A stretch of DNA of 64,000 nucleotides, from positions 604,244 to 668,243 of the forward strand of contig CAVRFH010000001.1 of NCBI GenBank assembly GCA_963720355.1, in the 5' to 3' direction. Made by a program: the position numbers and the translations under genes. The notes under the pieces are model-generated. The model ran no database searches, was not told the origin of the DNA, and worked only from the letters and a program-made list of their open reading frames with translations. The first letter of the stretch is position 1, and each line of letters starts with the position of its first letter. Below are positions 28,970 through 38,765 of the stretch, piece by piece. The DNA comes from an uncultured Chloroflexia bacterium. Its GTDB lineage: Bacteria > Chloroflexota > Limnocylindria > Limnocylindrales > CSP1-4.

Positions 28970-29499
28970 GTCACGCCCGCCGGCCCGTCGACGAGGCTCG
29001 GGTCGGCCATGGCCGCATGGAAGGCGTCGTACGCGACGGCGCCGCGCAAGGCGAAGGTCACGTGCTCGATGCCGGGCGAGCGGGCCAGCTCGTCGCGGAC
29101 GGTCCCGACGGTGATCCGTGCGGATTCCTCGAGCGGGAAGCCGCCGACGCCGGTGCCGAGTGCCGGAAAGGCGATGCTCTCAGCGCCGATCTCGCGGGCG
29201 CGGGCCATGGCGCTGCGGACCGCAGCCTCGATGACCGGCCCGCTCGTCCGCCGGTCGCGATCGAGCGACACGGCGTGGATCACCGCCTTGGCCGCGAGGT
29301 GGCCGCTCTCGGTGACCACGGACGCGCCGAGAGGCACCGGCGCCTGGCGAACGGCGGCGAATTCGATGGCATCACCACCCGCCCGCTTGATCGCGCCGGA
29401 GACGCCGGTGGACATCCACAGGGACAGGTTCGCAGGGTTGACGATGGCATCGACCTCCAGGTCGCAGATATCGCCGTTCCACAGCTCGATCCGTGCCAC
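28966..29499 (-). CDS. Macro-domain protein (ADP-ribose binding / O-acetyl-ADP-ribose deacetylase-like)
   Basis: 177 aa containing GDICDLEVDAIVNPAN, GVSGAIKRAGG and IAFPALGTGVGGFP. The GTG start directly abuts the alr stop. Confidence 0.8.
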   Translation of the reverse strand: MARIELWNGDICDLEVDAIVNPANLSLWMSTGVSGAIKRAGGDAIEFAAVRQAPVPLGASVVTESGHLAAKAVIHAVSLDRDRRTSGPVIEAAVRSAMARAREIGAESIAFPALGTGVGGFPLEESARITVGTVRDELARSPGIEHVTFALRGAVAYDAFHAAMADPSLVDGPAGVT

Positions 29500-30756
29500 T
29501 TACCCTCTCCACCCGACCAGTGTCCGCAGACCCTTCACTTCGGCTGCGGCATGGTACACCCGGGGCAGACGCCCGGACATCTGGGTCACGACCTCCCAGG
29601 TGTTCGTGGTGCGCAGCCGCGCCAGGTCCTCCGCGGTGATGCGTTCCGTGCCCTGGACGCCGAGCAGCACGAACTCGTCGTCGTACCCCACGGGGCCGCC
29701 CGGCACGTCCGTCACGTCGGCCATCACGCCGTCCATCGACACGTTGCCGACCAGCGGCACGCGCACGCCGCGGACCAGCGCCTCGGCCCGATTCGCCAAC
29801 GCGCGGGCGACGCCGTCGCCGTACCCGAGCGGCAGGGTCACGATGCGGCTGGGTCGCTGGGTCGTGAAGCTCGGGCCATACCCGATGCCGTGGCCGGGCG
29901 GCAGCTCGGCCACGCGGACGGGCCGGGCATGGAGCGACATCACCGGCCGCAGGCGCACCCCGCCGCGAGCGCGCGCGATGCCCTCGAGCTCGTCGGGAAC
30001 GATGCCGTACACCGACAGGCCAGGCCGCGCGCCGTCCAGCGCGGCCACGTCGGTCAGCAGTCCGCCGCTGGCCGCGACATGGCGCGCCGGCAGCCGGATG
30101 CCCGCCGCCCGGAGGTCTGCCGCGGCCGTGGCGAAGCGCGCCATCTGGTGGGCCGTCGTCGTCGCGTCCTCGCTCGCCTGGAGATGGGTCCACAGTCCGA
30201 CGAGCCGCGTGGCGGGCGACGACTCGATCGCGCGTGCCGTGGCCAGCAATGCGTCGGGCAGCACGCCGCCCCGACCGAGCCCCGTCTCGACCTCGAGCTC
30301 GATGCCGAGGCGCCGCCGACCCGCCCGGCCCACGCCGTCCGCCACAGCCCGGTCGATGAGCGCGCCGACCAGGACCGGGTCGCCGGCCGCGACGTCGATC
30401 CGCCGGCGGGCCGCCTCGGCGGCGTGGACGATCGGGATCGGGTAGAGCACCCGGATCGGGGCACGGATCCGGCCAGCCCGCAGGGCGATGGCCTCGTCGA
30501 GGGTCGCCACGCAGAAGCCGTCGGCGCCGGCGGCCTCGAGCGCGCGGGTGATGGGCAGGGCGCCGTGGCCGTAGGCGTCGGCCTTGACGACGGGATGGAC
30601 CGGCACGCCGCCGCCGAGCGCTCGCAGGCTGCCGAGGTTGGCGACGAGCGCGTCGAGATCGAGCTCCAGCCAGGCGAGGCGCGGGAGTGGCGGCAGGCCG
30701 GCCCGGGCCAGCCGAGCCTCGATCGGGTCGCGAGCCGGGGTCGTCACCGGGACCAC
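29500..30756 (-). CDS. alr: Alanine racemase
   Basis: Contains the PLP-lysine motif PVVKADAYGHG, YPIP, LVGLWTHL, GYGDG and VSMD. Start taken as the GTG at 30756 (alternative GTG at 30747). The longer ORF-track start overlaps nnrD. Confidence 0.85.
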   Translation of the reverse strand: MVPVTTPARDPIEARLARAGLPPLPRLAWLELDLDALVANLGSLRALGGGVPVHPVVKADAYGHGALPITRALEAAGADGFCVATLDEAIALRAGRIRAPIRVLYPIPIVHAAEAARRRIDVAAGDPVLVGALIDRAVADGVGRAGRRRLGIELEVETGLGRGGVLPDALLATARAIESSPATRLVGLWTHLQASEDATTTAHQMARFATAAADLRAAGIRLPARHVAASGGLLTDVAALDGARPGLSVYGIVPDELEGIARARGGVRLRPVMSLHARPVRVAELPPGHGIGYGPSFTTQRPSRIVTLPLGYGDGVARALANRAEALVRGVRVPLVGNVSMDGVMADVTDVPGGPVGYDDEFVLLGVQGTERITAEDLARLRTTNTWEVVTQMSGRLPRVYHAAAEVKGLRTLVGWRG

Positions 30757-30769
30757 GCGAGCGCGCGGG

Positions 30770-31903
30770 TCACGCGGGTGCGCGACTCGCGGCGTCGGAC
30801 GGTTCGGACGGCTCGTCGGTAGGCGGGCTGTCGGATCCTTGCCCCGGAGTCGGCTCCCGGACGCGGAACCCGAGCCGCTTGCCGCTGGTCTGGCGCTCGG
30901 CGATCGCCGCCAGCCGCCGGCGAGCCACGGCGAGCCCGTCCGGCAGGTCCGAGGCGAGGAGACCCGCGTCGCCGAACCGCTCCCGCCCGATCTCGCCCGC
31001 CGCTCCGTGCAGGTAGACGCCCAGACGCGCGGCCGCGAACGGGCCGACGCCCTGGGCCAGCAGACCACCGATGGCCCCGCTCAGCACGTCGCCCGTCCCG
31101 CCGGTGGCGAGGGCCGGGTTCTCGAACGGCGCGACGGCGACCTCGCCGCCGGGATCGGCGACGACGGTCCGTGCCCCTTTCAGAACGACCACCTGGCCCC
31201 AGGTCGCGGCGGCGTCCCGCGCGGCGGCCACGCGAGCAGCATCGTCATCGACGAGGTCGCCGTCGGCATCGGGCGCCACGCCGCTCCCGGTCCGTAGTCG
31301 GGCGAACTCTCCGACATGTGGCGTGAGCACGGCCGCCCGGCGCTCCCCCGCCCACCAGCCGTCGATCGCCGCCAGGGCCCGGAGTGCCTCGGCATCGAGG
31401 ACCAGCGGCGGGCGGTCCTCGCCACCGCTCTCGAGGAGCTGTCGTACGAGCTCGGACGTCGCGAGACCGGGGCGCAGGCCGGGCCCGACCACGAGCGCGT
31501 CGTGCTCGTGATCCAAAATGCGGGCAAGGGCCGGTTCCGGGTCGATCTCCTCGACGTCGTCCTCCGGCAGGGCCATCGTCGTCGCCTCGATGACCTTCGC
31601 TGCGAACAGCGGCTGGAGCGTCTCGGGGATCGCCAGCGACACGAGACCGACCCCGCTCCGGCCGGCCGCCTGGCAGACGAGCAGCGCGGCCCCCGCGTAG
31701 TCGAGCGAGCCGGCGATCACGAGCAGCTTCCCGAACGAGCCCTTGTGACCGCGCTTCGGCCGAAACGGGAGCAGCAGGACGGCCGCGTCCTCATCGAGCC
31801 GTGACGCGCCCTCGGGCCACGGCTGCTCATCGGGGTTGCTCGCCGCACCGGACGCCGCCTCCTCGGTCCGCCGTCCGAAGCCGAGGCCGCGTCGTTCAGG
31901 CAC
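30770..31903 (-). CDS. nnrD: ADP-dependent NAD(P)H-hydrate dehydratase (carbohydrate-kinase domain only)
   Basis: Contains RGHKGSFGKLLVIAGSLDYAGAALL, LTPHVGEF and ATGGTGDVLSGAIGG. There is no YjeF_N epimerase domain. The GTG at 31903 is preferred because the ORF-track start at 32026 overlaps acpS by about 130 nt. Confidence 0.75.
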   Translation of the reverse strand: MPERRGLGFGRRTEEAASGAASNPDEQPWPEGASRLDEDAAVLLLPFRPKRGHKGSFGKLLVIAGSLDYAGAALLVCQAAGRSGVGLVSLAIPETLQPLFAAKVIEATTMALPEDDVEEIDPEPALARILDHEHDALVVGPGLRPGLATSELVRQLLESGGEDRPPLVLDAEALRALAAIDGWWAGERRAAVLTPHVGEFARLRTGSGVAPDADGDLVDDDAARVAAARDAAATWGQVVVLKGARTVVADPGGEVAVAPFENPALATGGTGDVLSGAIGGLLAQGVGPFAAARLGVYLHGAAGEIGRERFGDAGLLASDLPDGLAVARRRLAAIAERQTSGKRLGFRVREPTPGQGSDSPPTDEPSEPSDAASRAPA

Positions 31904-32495
31904 CGGGTCGCCGGTCAGGTGAGGAGTCGGGCGCCGGCGCGTCCGTGGCGAGCGACGCGGCGCCGTTCGCCTCGGCCTGGTCGCGCAACCGCTCGATCCG
32001 GGCCAGGATCCGCCGCTCGCGGTCATCGAGCCGGTCCTCGATATCGGGCGGGAAGAGGTAGCGGCCGCCGGCCGTGCGGATCCCGAAGGCCATCGCGACG
32101 GCGTAGTCGGATTCGTGGGTGATCGACACGGCGATCCGGCCCATCCCGAGTTGCTCGGCCCGGGCCGCTGCTCGCCCGTGGAGGCGGACGGCCGGCTGGC
32201 CGGTCGGCAGCCGCTCGATCTCGATGTCGCGCCAGCCGATGCCGCGGACGCCGAGCCCGAGGACCTTCGACACGGCCTCCTTGGCCGCCCAGCGGCCGGC
32301 CATGGTCTCCGGTCGGCCGCGCACGTAGCGGCGCTCGGCCGGGGTCAGCACGCGGTTCAGGAAGCGGTCGCCGAACCGTGCCAGGGACGCGCCGATGCGC
32401 TCGACGCGGATGATGTCGATGCCGAGCTCGGTGATCGCATCGGGCGGACGGTCAGCGGCGGCCGTTCGCTCGCCGTCGCTCACCGCCTCACCCAT
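31896..32495 (-). CDS. acpS: Holo-[acyl-carrier-protein] synthase with a C-terminal extension
   Basis: Contains GIDIIRVERI, RWAAKEAVSKVLG and VSITHESDYAVA. A tail of about 65 aa follows the usual ~130-aa domain. Confidence 0.8.
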   Translation of the reverse strand: MGEAVSDGERTAAADRPPDAITELGIDIIRVERIGASLARFGDRFLNRVLTPAERRYVRGRPETMAGRWAAKEAVSKVLGLGVRGIGWRDIEIERLPTGQPAVRLHGRAAARAEQLGMGRIAVSITHESDYAVAMAFGIRTAGGRYLFPPDIEDRLDDRERRILARIERLRDQAEANGAASLATDAPAPDSSPDRRPGA

Positions 32496-32501
32496 CGCGC
32501 G

Positions 32502-34331
<1,830 letters not shown>

Positions 34332-34385
34332 CAGCTTCTCTCCGTTCAGTCCGCTTCGCGGAGGTCGAATCCTCGGGCGGCGGCG

Positions 34386-35717
34386 CTAGTTTAGACGCTC
34401 CCCTGCGACGGTCGCGAGCGCGTCGGCGAGCTCACGGACGAGGGCCTCATCCGGCCCTTCGACCATCACCCGCAGCGCGGGCTCCGTGCCGGACGGCCTG
34501 ACGAGGATGCGTCCCGCACCGCCCAGCCGCGCCGTCGCATCGGCGATGGCCCGGCGGAGGGTCGGGTCGCCCTCCCACTGATCCTTGTGACGCGCCCGCA
34601 CCGCCCGCTGTTGCTGTGGCAGCAACGGGATCGCCGCGGCGAGTGTGGCCAACGGCGCGTTGCGTTTGGTCATCACGCGGAGGACCTCGAGCGCGGTGAC
34701 GATCCCGTCGCCGGAGGTCGTGTGCTCGAGCACGATCACGTGACCGGACTTCTCGCCGCCCAGCATGGCCCCCGCGACCTGCATCCCATCGAGGATGTAC
34801 TTGTCCCCCACGGGCGTGCGCACGACCTCGCCGCCGGCCTCCTCGACCGCGGCCTGCAACCCGCCGTTGGACAGGATCGACACGACCAGGCCGCCGGGCA
34901 GCGCATCCCGTGTCAACCGATCGAGCGCCAGGATGCCGAGGACCTGGTCGCCATCCACGATCTGCCCATCGCCATCGACCGCGATGAGTCGATCGGCGTC
35001 GCCATCGAGCGCGAACCCGACGTCCGCTCCCCGTTCGGTCACCGCGCGGGCGAGCGAGGCCGGCGACGTCGCACCCGAGTCGACGTTGATGTTGATCCCG
35101 TCCGGGTCGACGTGGATCGCCTCGATCGTCGCCCCGGTCGCACCGAGGATGGCCTGGGCGGCCGCCCCACCGGATCCGTTCGCCCCGTCGAGGACGATCG
35201 TCAGCCGGCTGGCGTCGATCGCCGCGGCCAGCTCGCGGCGGTGCTGGAGGTAGCGCTCGACGCTGTCGACGGCCTCGATCCGCCGGCCGAGCGTGGCGTT
35301 GCCGACGCCGCCGAGCTCGCCTTCCCGCCAGATGAGGGCCTCGAGCTCGTCCTCGATGGCGTCGTCGAGCTTCAGCCCGTCGGCGTCGAGGACCTTGAGG
35401 CCGTTGTCGTCGGCCGGGTTGTGCGACGCCGAGACCATGATCCCGGCGCGGTACGGGCCGCTGCGGGCAAGGAAGGCGAGGGCCGGCGTCGGCACCACGC
35501 CGACGACGTGCACGTCCACCCCGAGGCTCGTCGCACCGGCGACGAGGGCGGCCACGAACATGTCGCCCGAGCGGCGCGTGTCCTGGCCGACGACGATCGC
35601 GGCGCCGGGCTCCGCGAGGCGCTTGGCCGTGGCACGCCCGAGCGCGAACGCGATGGTCGGGCGCAGGTCGACGTTGGCGACGCCGCGGATGCCGTCGGTG
35701 CCGAACAGGCGTCCCAT
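34386..35717 (-). CDS. glmM: Phosphoglucosamine mutase
   Basis: Intact 443-aa ORF containing FGTDGIRG, the phosphoserine loop SASHNP, DGDADR and GEKSGH. Confidence 0.9.
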   Translation of the reverse strand: MGRLFGTDGIRGVANVDLRPTIAFALGRATAKRLAEPGAAIVVGQDTRRSGDMFVAALVAGATSLGVDVHVVGVVPTPALAFLARSGPYRAGIMVSASHNPADDNGLKVLDADGLKLDDAIEDELEALIWREGELGGVGNATLGRRIEAVDSVERYLQHRRELAAAIDASRLTIVLDGANGSGGAAAQAILGATGATIEAIHVDPDGININVDSGATSPASLARAVTERGADVGFALDGDADRLIAVDGDGQIVDGDQVLGILALDRLTRDALPGGLVVSILSNGGLQAAVEEAGGEVVRTPVGDKYILDGMQVAGAMLGGEKSGHVIVLEHTTSGDGIVTALEVLRVMTKRNAPLATLAAAIPLLPQQQRAVRARHKDQWEGDPTLRRAIADATARLGGAGRILVRPSGTEPALRVMVEGPDEALVRELADALATVAGERLN

Positions 35718-35721
35718 GACC

Positions 35722-36942
35722 TCAGCCGGGCGGTGCCGGCGTCGCTCGCGCGGTGACGGTGACCTGGATGCGGGGCGGGCTGGCCGTCACGAGGGTGACA
35801 CCAGCCGGTAGCGACGCCGTGACCGCGACATCGGTCGTGCCGGGTCCCAGCGAGCTGACGTCCAAATCGACGGCGAGCGTGGCCCCGATCAATCGATCGA
35901 GGTCCGGTGGGCTGCCGCCGACGGTGATGAGCACGCGGTCGACCGCGATGTCGTAGTCGAGATCGGCCCGGACGCCGACCGTGCGCACGCCGACCTCGAA
36001 GCTGCGCGTCGCCGTCACGAGGCGGACGCCGATCTCCACGGTGACCTGCTGGGCACTGAGGGCGACGACGCCGGTCGGGAGGGCGAGTCCCACCTCGAGC
36101 GTGCGGGACGACGAGAAGCCCGTCACCGGGATCGGCTCGGTGTCGATCGTGGTGAGCGCCTCGAGCTCGTCGATGTCGCCCTCGACCGTGACGAACGTCG
36201 GGTCGACGGTGGCCGACGCGAGCTCGAAGCCGGCCGCCGGCCGGCCGACGATCTGCGGATTGACCGGGAGCACCTTCGACTGGCGCGCCGAGAAGACCGG
36301 GATCGTCACCCGCGCCGTCGATGGCTCGAGGCGGACCTGGGACACGGCGTCCCCGACGTTGTCGATCGCGACGAGCTCGACGTCCTGGTCGACGTTGATG
36401 CCGGAGGGCTGGATGATCACGCTGGCACGGGCGGCCACGACCCGGCTCAGCACCGAGGTCGGGCCGATCACCTCGACCTCGGCCGGCTCGACCGTGATGG
36501 CGCCGACCTCGACGGTGGCCGGCGTGTCGCCGCGCTCGACCTGGACCGGGACCGTCTTGCGGTCGACCCGATCCAGCTCGACCGTGACGACCTGGGGCTC
36601 GAAGCTGAAGACCCGAACGCGTGGATCGATCGACTGCAGCTGGATCGGCACGCTGCGCGGACCCGCACCGGGGTCGACGTCGCTGAGGTCGACGAACGCC
36701 TCGAAGTCGGACGAGATCGGACGCACGCCGGACGGCGAGAAGTAGCGGATCTCGGTCACGGGCCGGATCGTCTCGAGGAGGAACGTGTCGACCGGCTGGT
36801 CGCGCGGATGGACCGGGACCACGACGGTCAGCGAGGCCGAGCTCTGCGACAGGACGAGCCCGCCGTAGAGCAGCGTGGCGAGACCGATCGCCGCGAGTTT
36901 CAGGGGCCAGTTGTGGATGAGGACCCCGAGGGCTCGGGTCAC
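35722..36942 (-). CDS. cdaR: YbbR-domain protein, CdaA regulator
   Basis: 406 aa with an N-terminal TM helix (LKLAAIGLATLLYGGLVL) and repeated beta-rich YbbR-like segments. It sits between cdaA and glmM, and its GTG overlaps the cdaA stop (GTGA). Confidence 0.7.
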   Translation of the reverse strand: MTRALGVLIHNWPLKLAAIGLATLLYGGLVLSQSSASLTVVVPVHPRDQPVDTFLLETIRPVTEIRYFSPSGVRPISSDFEAFVDLSDVDPGAGPRSVPIQLQSIDPRVRVFSFEPQVVTVELDRVDRKTVPVQVERGDTPATVEVGAITVEPAEVEVIGPTSVLSRVVAARASVIIQPSGINVDQDVELVAIDNVGDAVSQVRLEPSTARVTIPVFSARQSKVLPVNPQIVGRPAAGFELASATVDPTFVTVEGDIDELEALTTIDTEPIPVTGFSSSRTLEVGLALPTGVVALSAQQVTVEIGVRLVTATRSFEVGVRTVGVRADLDYDIAVDRVLITVGGSPPDLDRLIGATLAVDLDVSSLGPGTTDVAVTASLPAGVTLVTASPPRIQVTVTARATPAPPG

Positions 36943-37799
36943 CGCGGAGCCCGTACGGCCGACGTGGACGCGGGTTCCGGCGAGGAGCGCCAGCCCCCGA
37001 GCGGGCGCCGGCGACGCCCGTGGGTCGGATCGAGCAGCACGCGGATCGTCCGGGCGAGCTGGGCCTCGTTGAGGTTGCGCACGATGCGCGAGCGCTCGAC
37101 CAGGCTGATCTGCCCGTTCTCCTCGGACACGACGATGACGACCGCGTCGGTCTGCTCGGCGATGCCCAGGGCGGCTCGATGGCGGGTCCCGAAGCGCTCG
37201 GCCTGGACCGTCGTCTCGGCGAGCGGCAGCAGCGCGCCGGCGGCCAGCACGGTCTCGCCGCGGATGATCACGGCGCCATCGTGAAGCGCCGTCCGGGGCG
37301 CGAAGATCGTGCGGATCAGGTCGGCCGACACGTCGCCGTGGATCATCACGCCGGTCTCGGCCGTGTCCTCGAGCCCGGTCTCGCGCTCGAGCACGATCAG
37401 GGCGCCGTGGCCCTCAGCCGACAGCTCGGCCGCGGCGCTGGCCACCTCGTTGGCGACGTGGTCGACGGCGCGCGAATCGGCACCGGCCAGGATCCAGCCG
37501 AACGACCCGACCCGCCCGATCCGTTCGAGAGCGCGGCGGATCTCCGGCTGGAAGATGACGACCAGCGCGAACAGGCCGACGACCGCGCCGCCCTGCAGGA
37601 TCCGGGTCAACAGCTCGAGCCCCAGGGCGACGGCCAGGAAGTAGACGAGGATGAGGACACTGACGCCGATCACGAGGCGCACCGCGCGGGTGCCCCGGAT
37701 CAGGCTGAAGAGCCAATAGATGAGCAGGGAGGTGATCGCGATGTCGACGAGCGAGGTCAGGCTGACCTGTTCGAGGATCGAACCGAGGAGCTCCGGCAT
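36939..37799 (-). CDS. cdaA: Diadenylate cyclase CdaA
   Basis: 286 aa with three N-terminal TM helices and a DAC domain carrying HDGAVIIRG and GTRHRAALGIAE. Confidence 0.85.
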   Translation of the reverse strand: MPELLGSILEQVSLTSLVDIAITSLLIYWLFSLIRGTRAVRLVIGVSVLILVYFLAVALGLELLTRILQGGAVVGLFALVVIFQPEIRRALERIGRVGSFGWILAGADSRAVDHVANEVASAAAELSAEGHGALIVLERETGLEDTAETGVMIHGDVSADLIRTIFAPRTALHDGAVIIRGETVLAAGALLPLAETTVQAERFGTRHRAALGIAEQTDAVVIVVSEENGQISLVERSRIVRNLNEAQLARTIRVLLDPTHGRRRRPLGGWRSSPEPASTSAVRAPR

Positions 37800-37808
37800 C
37801 GTCCGCCG

Positions 37809-37814
37809 AGTGTA
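37809..37814 (-). promoter_or_regulatory. Candidate -10 box (TACACT) 9 nt upstream of the cdaA ATG; possible leaderless or very short-leader transcript
   Basis: The minus strand reads gcgatgcTACACTcggcggacgATG with no SD in the 9-nt gap. The -35 is poor. Confidence 0.3.
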
Positions 37815-37853
37815 GCATCGCGCCCCCGTCCCACCCGACCATCGGGTCGACGG

Positions 37854-38765
37854 TCAGGCGCAGATCGCCTCGAGCCGGGGGTCGTCGGGAAGACGGGCGG
37901 CGAGGTCGCACAGCCGCTCCCGGGAGGGGGCGTCGTCCGGGGCCACGAGACGCGCCAGCAGGACGAGCTTGTCGGCGGCGGCCGACCGCCAGCCGCGGTC
38001 GAGGTACAGCTCCGCGAGTGCCAGATGCACGCCTGGGTCGGCCGGATTCGTCGCGAGGGCCTGGTAGCACGCGTCGATCGCGGCGTGCAGCTGCCCGGCG
38101 GCGCGATGACCACGAGCCGCCGCCATGGCGGCCCTCCGAACGGTCTCGGCATCGCCGGCGGCCGCGGCCTCCTCGACCGCCAACATCGCCGCGGGGGCGT
38201 CGAAGGGCGGTTCCGGCGGCTCGGCTGGGGCCGGTGCCGCAGGCGGCTCGGCCTCGGGGCCGATCGGGCCGGCCAGGAGGTCGTTCGCGCGGGCGAGCGC
38301 GAGGCGGGCCGCCTCGCCCGAGGCGGGTTCGAAGGCGAAGCGGTCGACCATCGTCTGCAACGTCGCGCGCCGGCTGCGCGACTCGGCGAGGTCGAGGGCC
38401 CGCGATGCCTCGTCGAGGGCGTCGGCCCGTCGGCCGGCGTCATCGAGCGCGGCGGCGAGTCGGTCGAGCATCGCCGCGGCCGCGACCCGGTCGGCATGTG
38501 TGACGAGCAGCTCGGCACGGCCGCGCAGTGCGGTCTCGTCGTCGGGGGAGCGCTCCAGGGCAAGGTCGAAGGCCGACGCCGCCTCGGTGGGCTTGTCGAG
38601 CCGCGTGAGGACCTGCCCGATGCCGACCATGGGCGACGCCCGGTCCGGAGCGATCCGCGCCGCTTCGCCGTACGCGTCGAGCGCTTCGTCGAGTCGCCCG
38701 CGCTGGGACGCGACGTGACCGCGCCGAAGCGCGTCCTTGTAGCGTTCGTACAGCGCGTCGCTCAC
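37854..38765 (-). CDS. Tetratricopeptide-repeat protein
   Basis: 303 aa with repeated A/L-rich helical pairs (e.g. LDEALDAYGEAARIAPD, AIDACYQALATNPADPGVHLALAELYLDRG). The GTG overlaps the argF stop (GTGA). Confidence 0.6.
   Translation of the reverse strand: MSDALYERYKDALRRGHVASQRGRLDEALDAYGEAARIAPDRASPMVGIGQVLTRLDKPTEAASAFDLALERSPDDETALRGRAELLVTHADRVAAAAMLDRLAAALDDAGRRADALDEASRALDLAESRSRRATLQTMVDRFAFEPASGEAARLALARANDLLAGPIGPEAEPPAAPAPAEPPEPPFDAPAAMLAVEEAAAAGDAETVRRAAMAAARGHRAAGQLHAAIDACYQALATNPADPGVHLALAELYLDRGWRSAAADKLVLLARLVAPDDAPSRERLCDLAARLPDDPRLEAICA

Noticed and set aside
28679-29499. Macro-domain gene plus the overlapping small ORF as a DarTG-like toxin-antitoxin pair.
   Set aside because: The macro protein is a small stand-alone MacroD-like domain. 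The 96-aa partner is acidic and shows nothing resembling a DarT (DUF4433) ADP-ribosyltransferase. The idea is kept only as part of the broader unknown-module finding.
34332-34385. Possible glmS ribozyme upstream of glmS.
   Set aside because: Only 54 nt separate glmM and glmS, far too short for the ~170-nt ribozyme, and no conserved core was seen.
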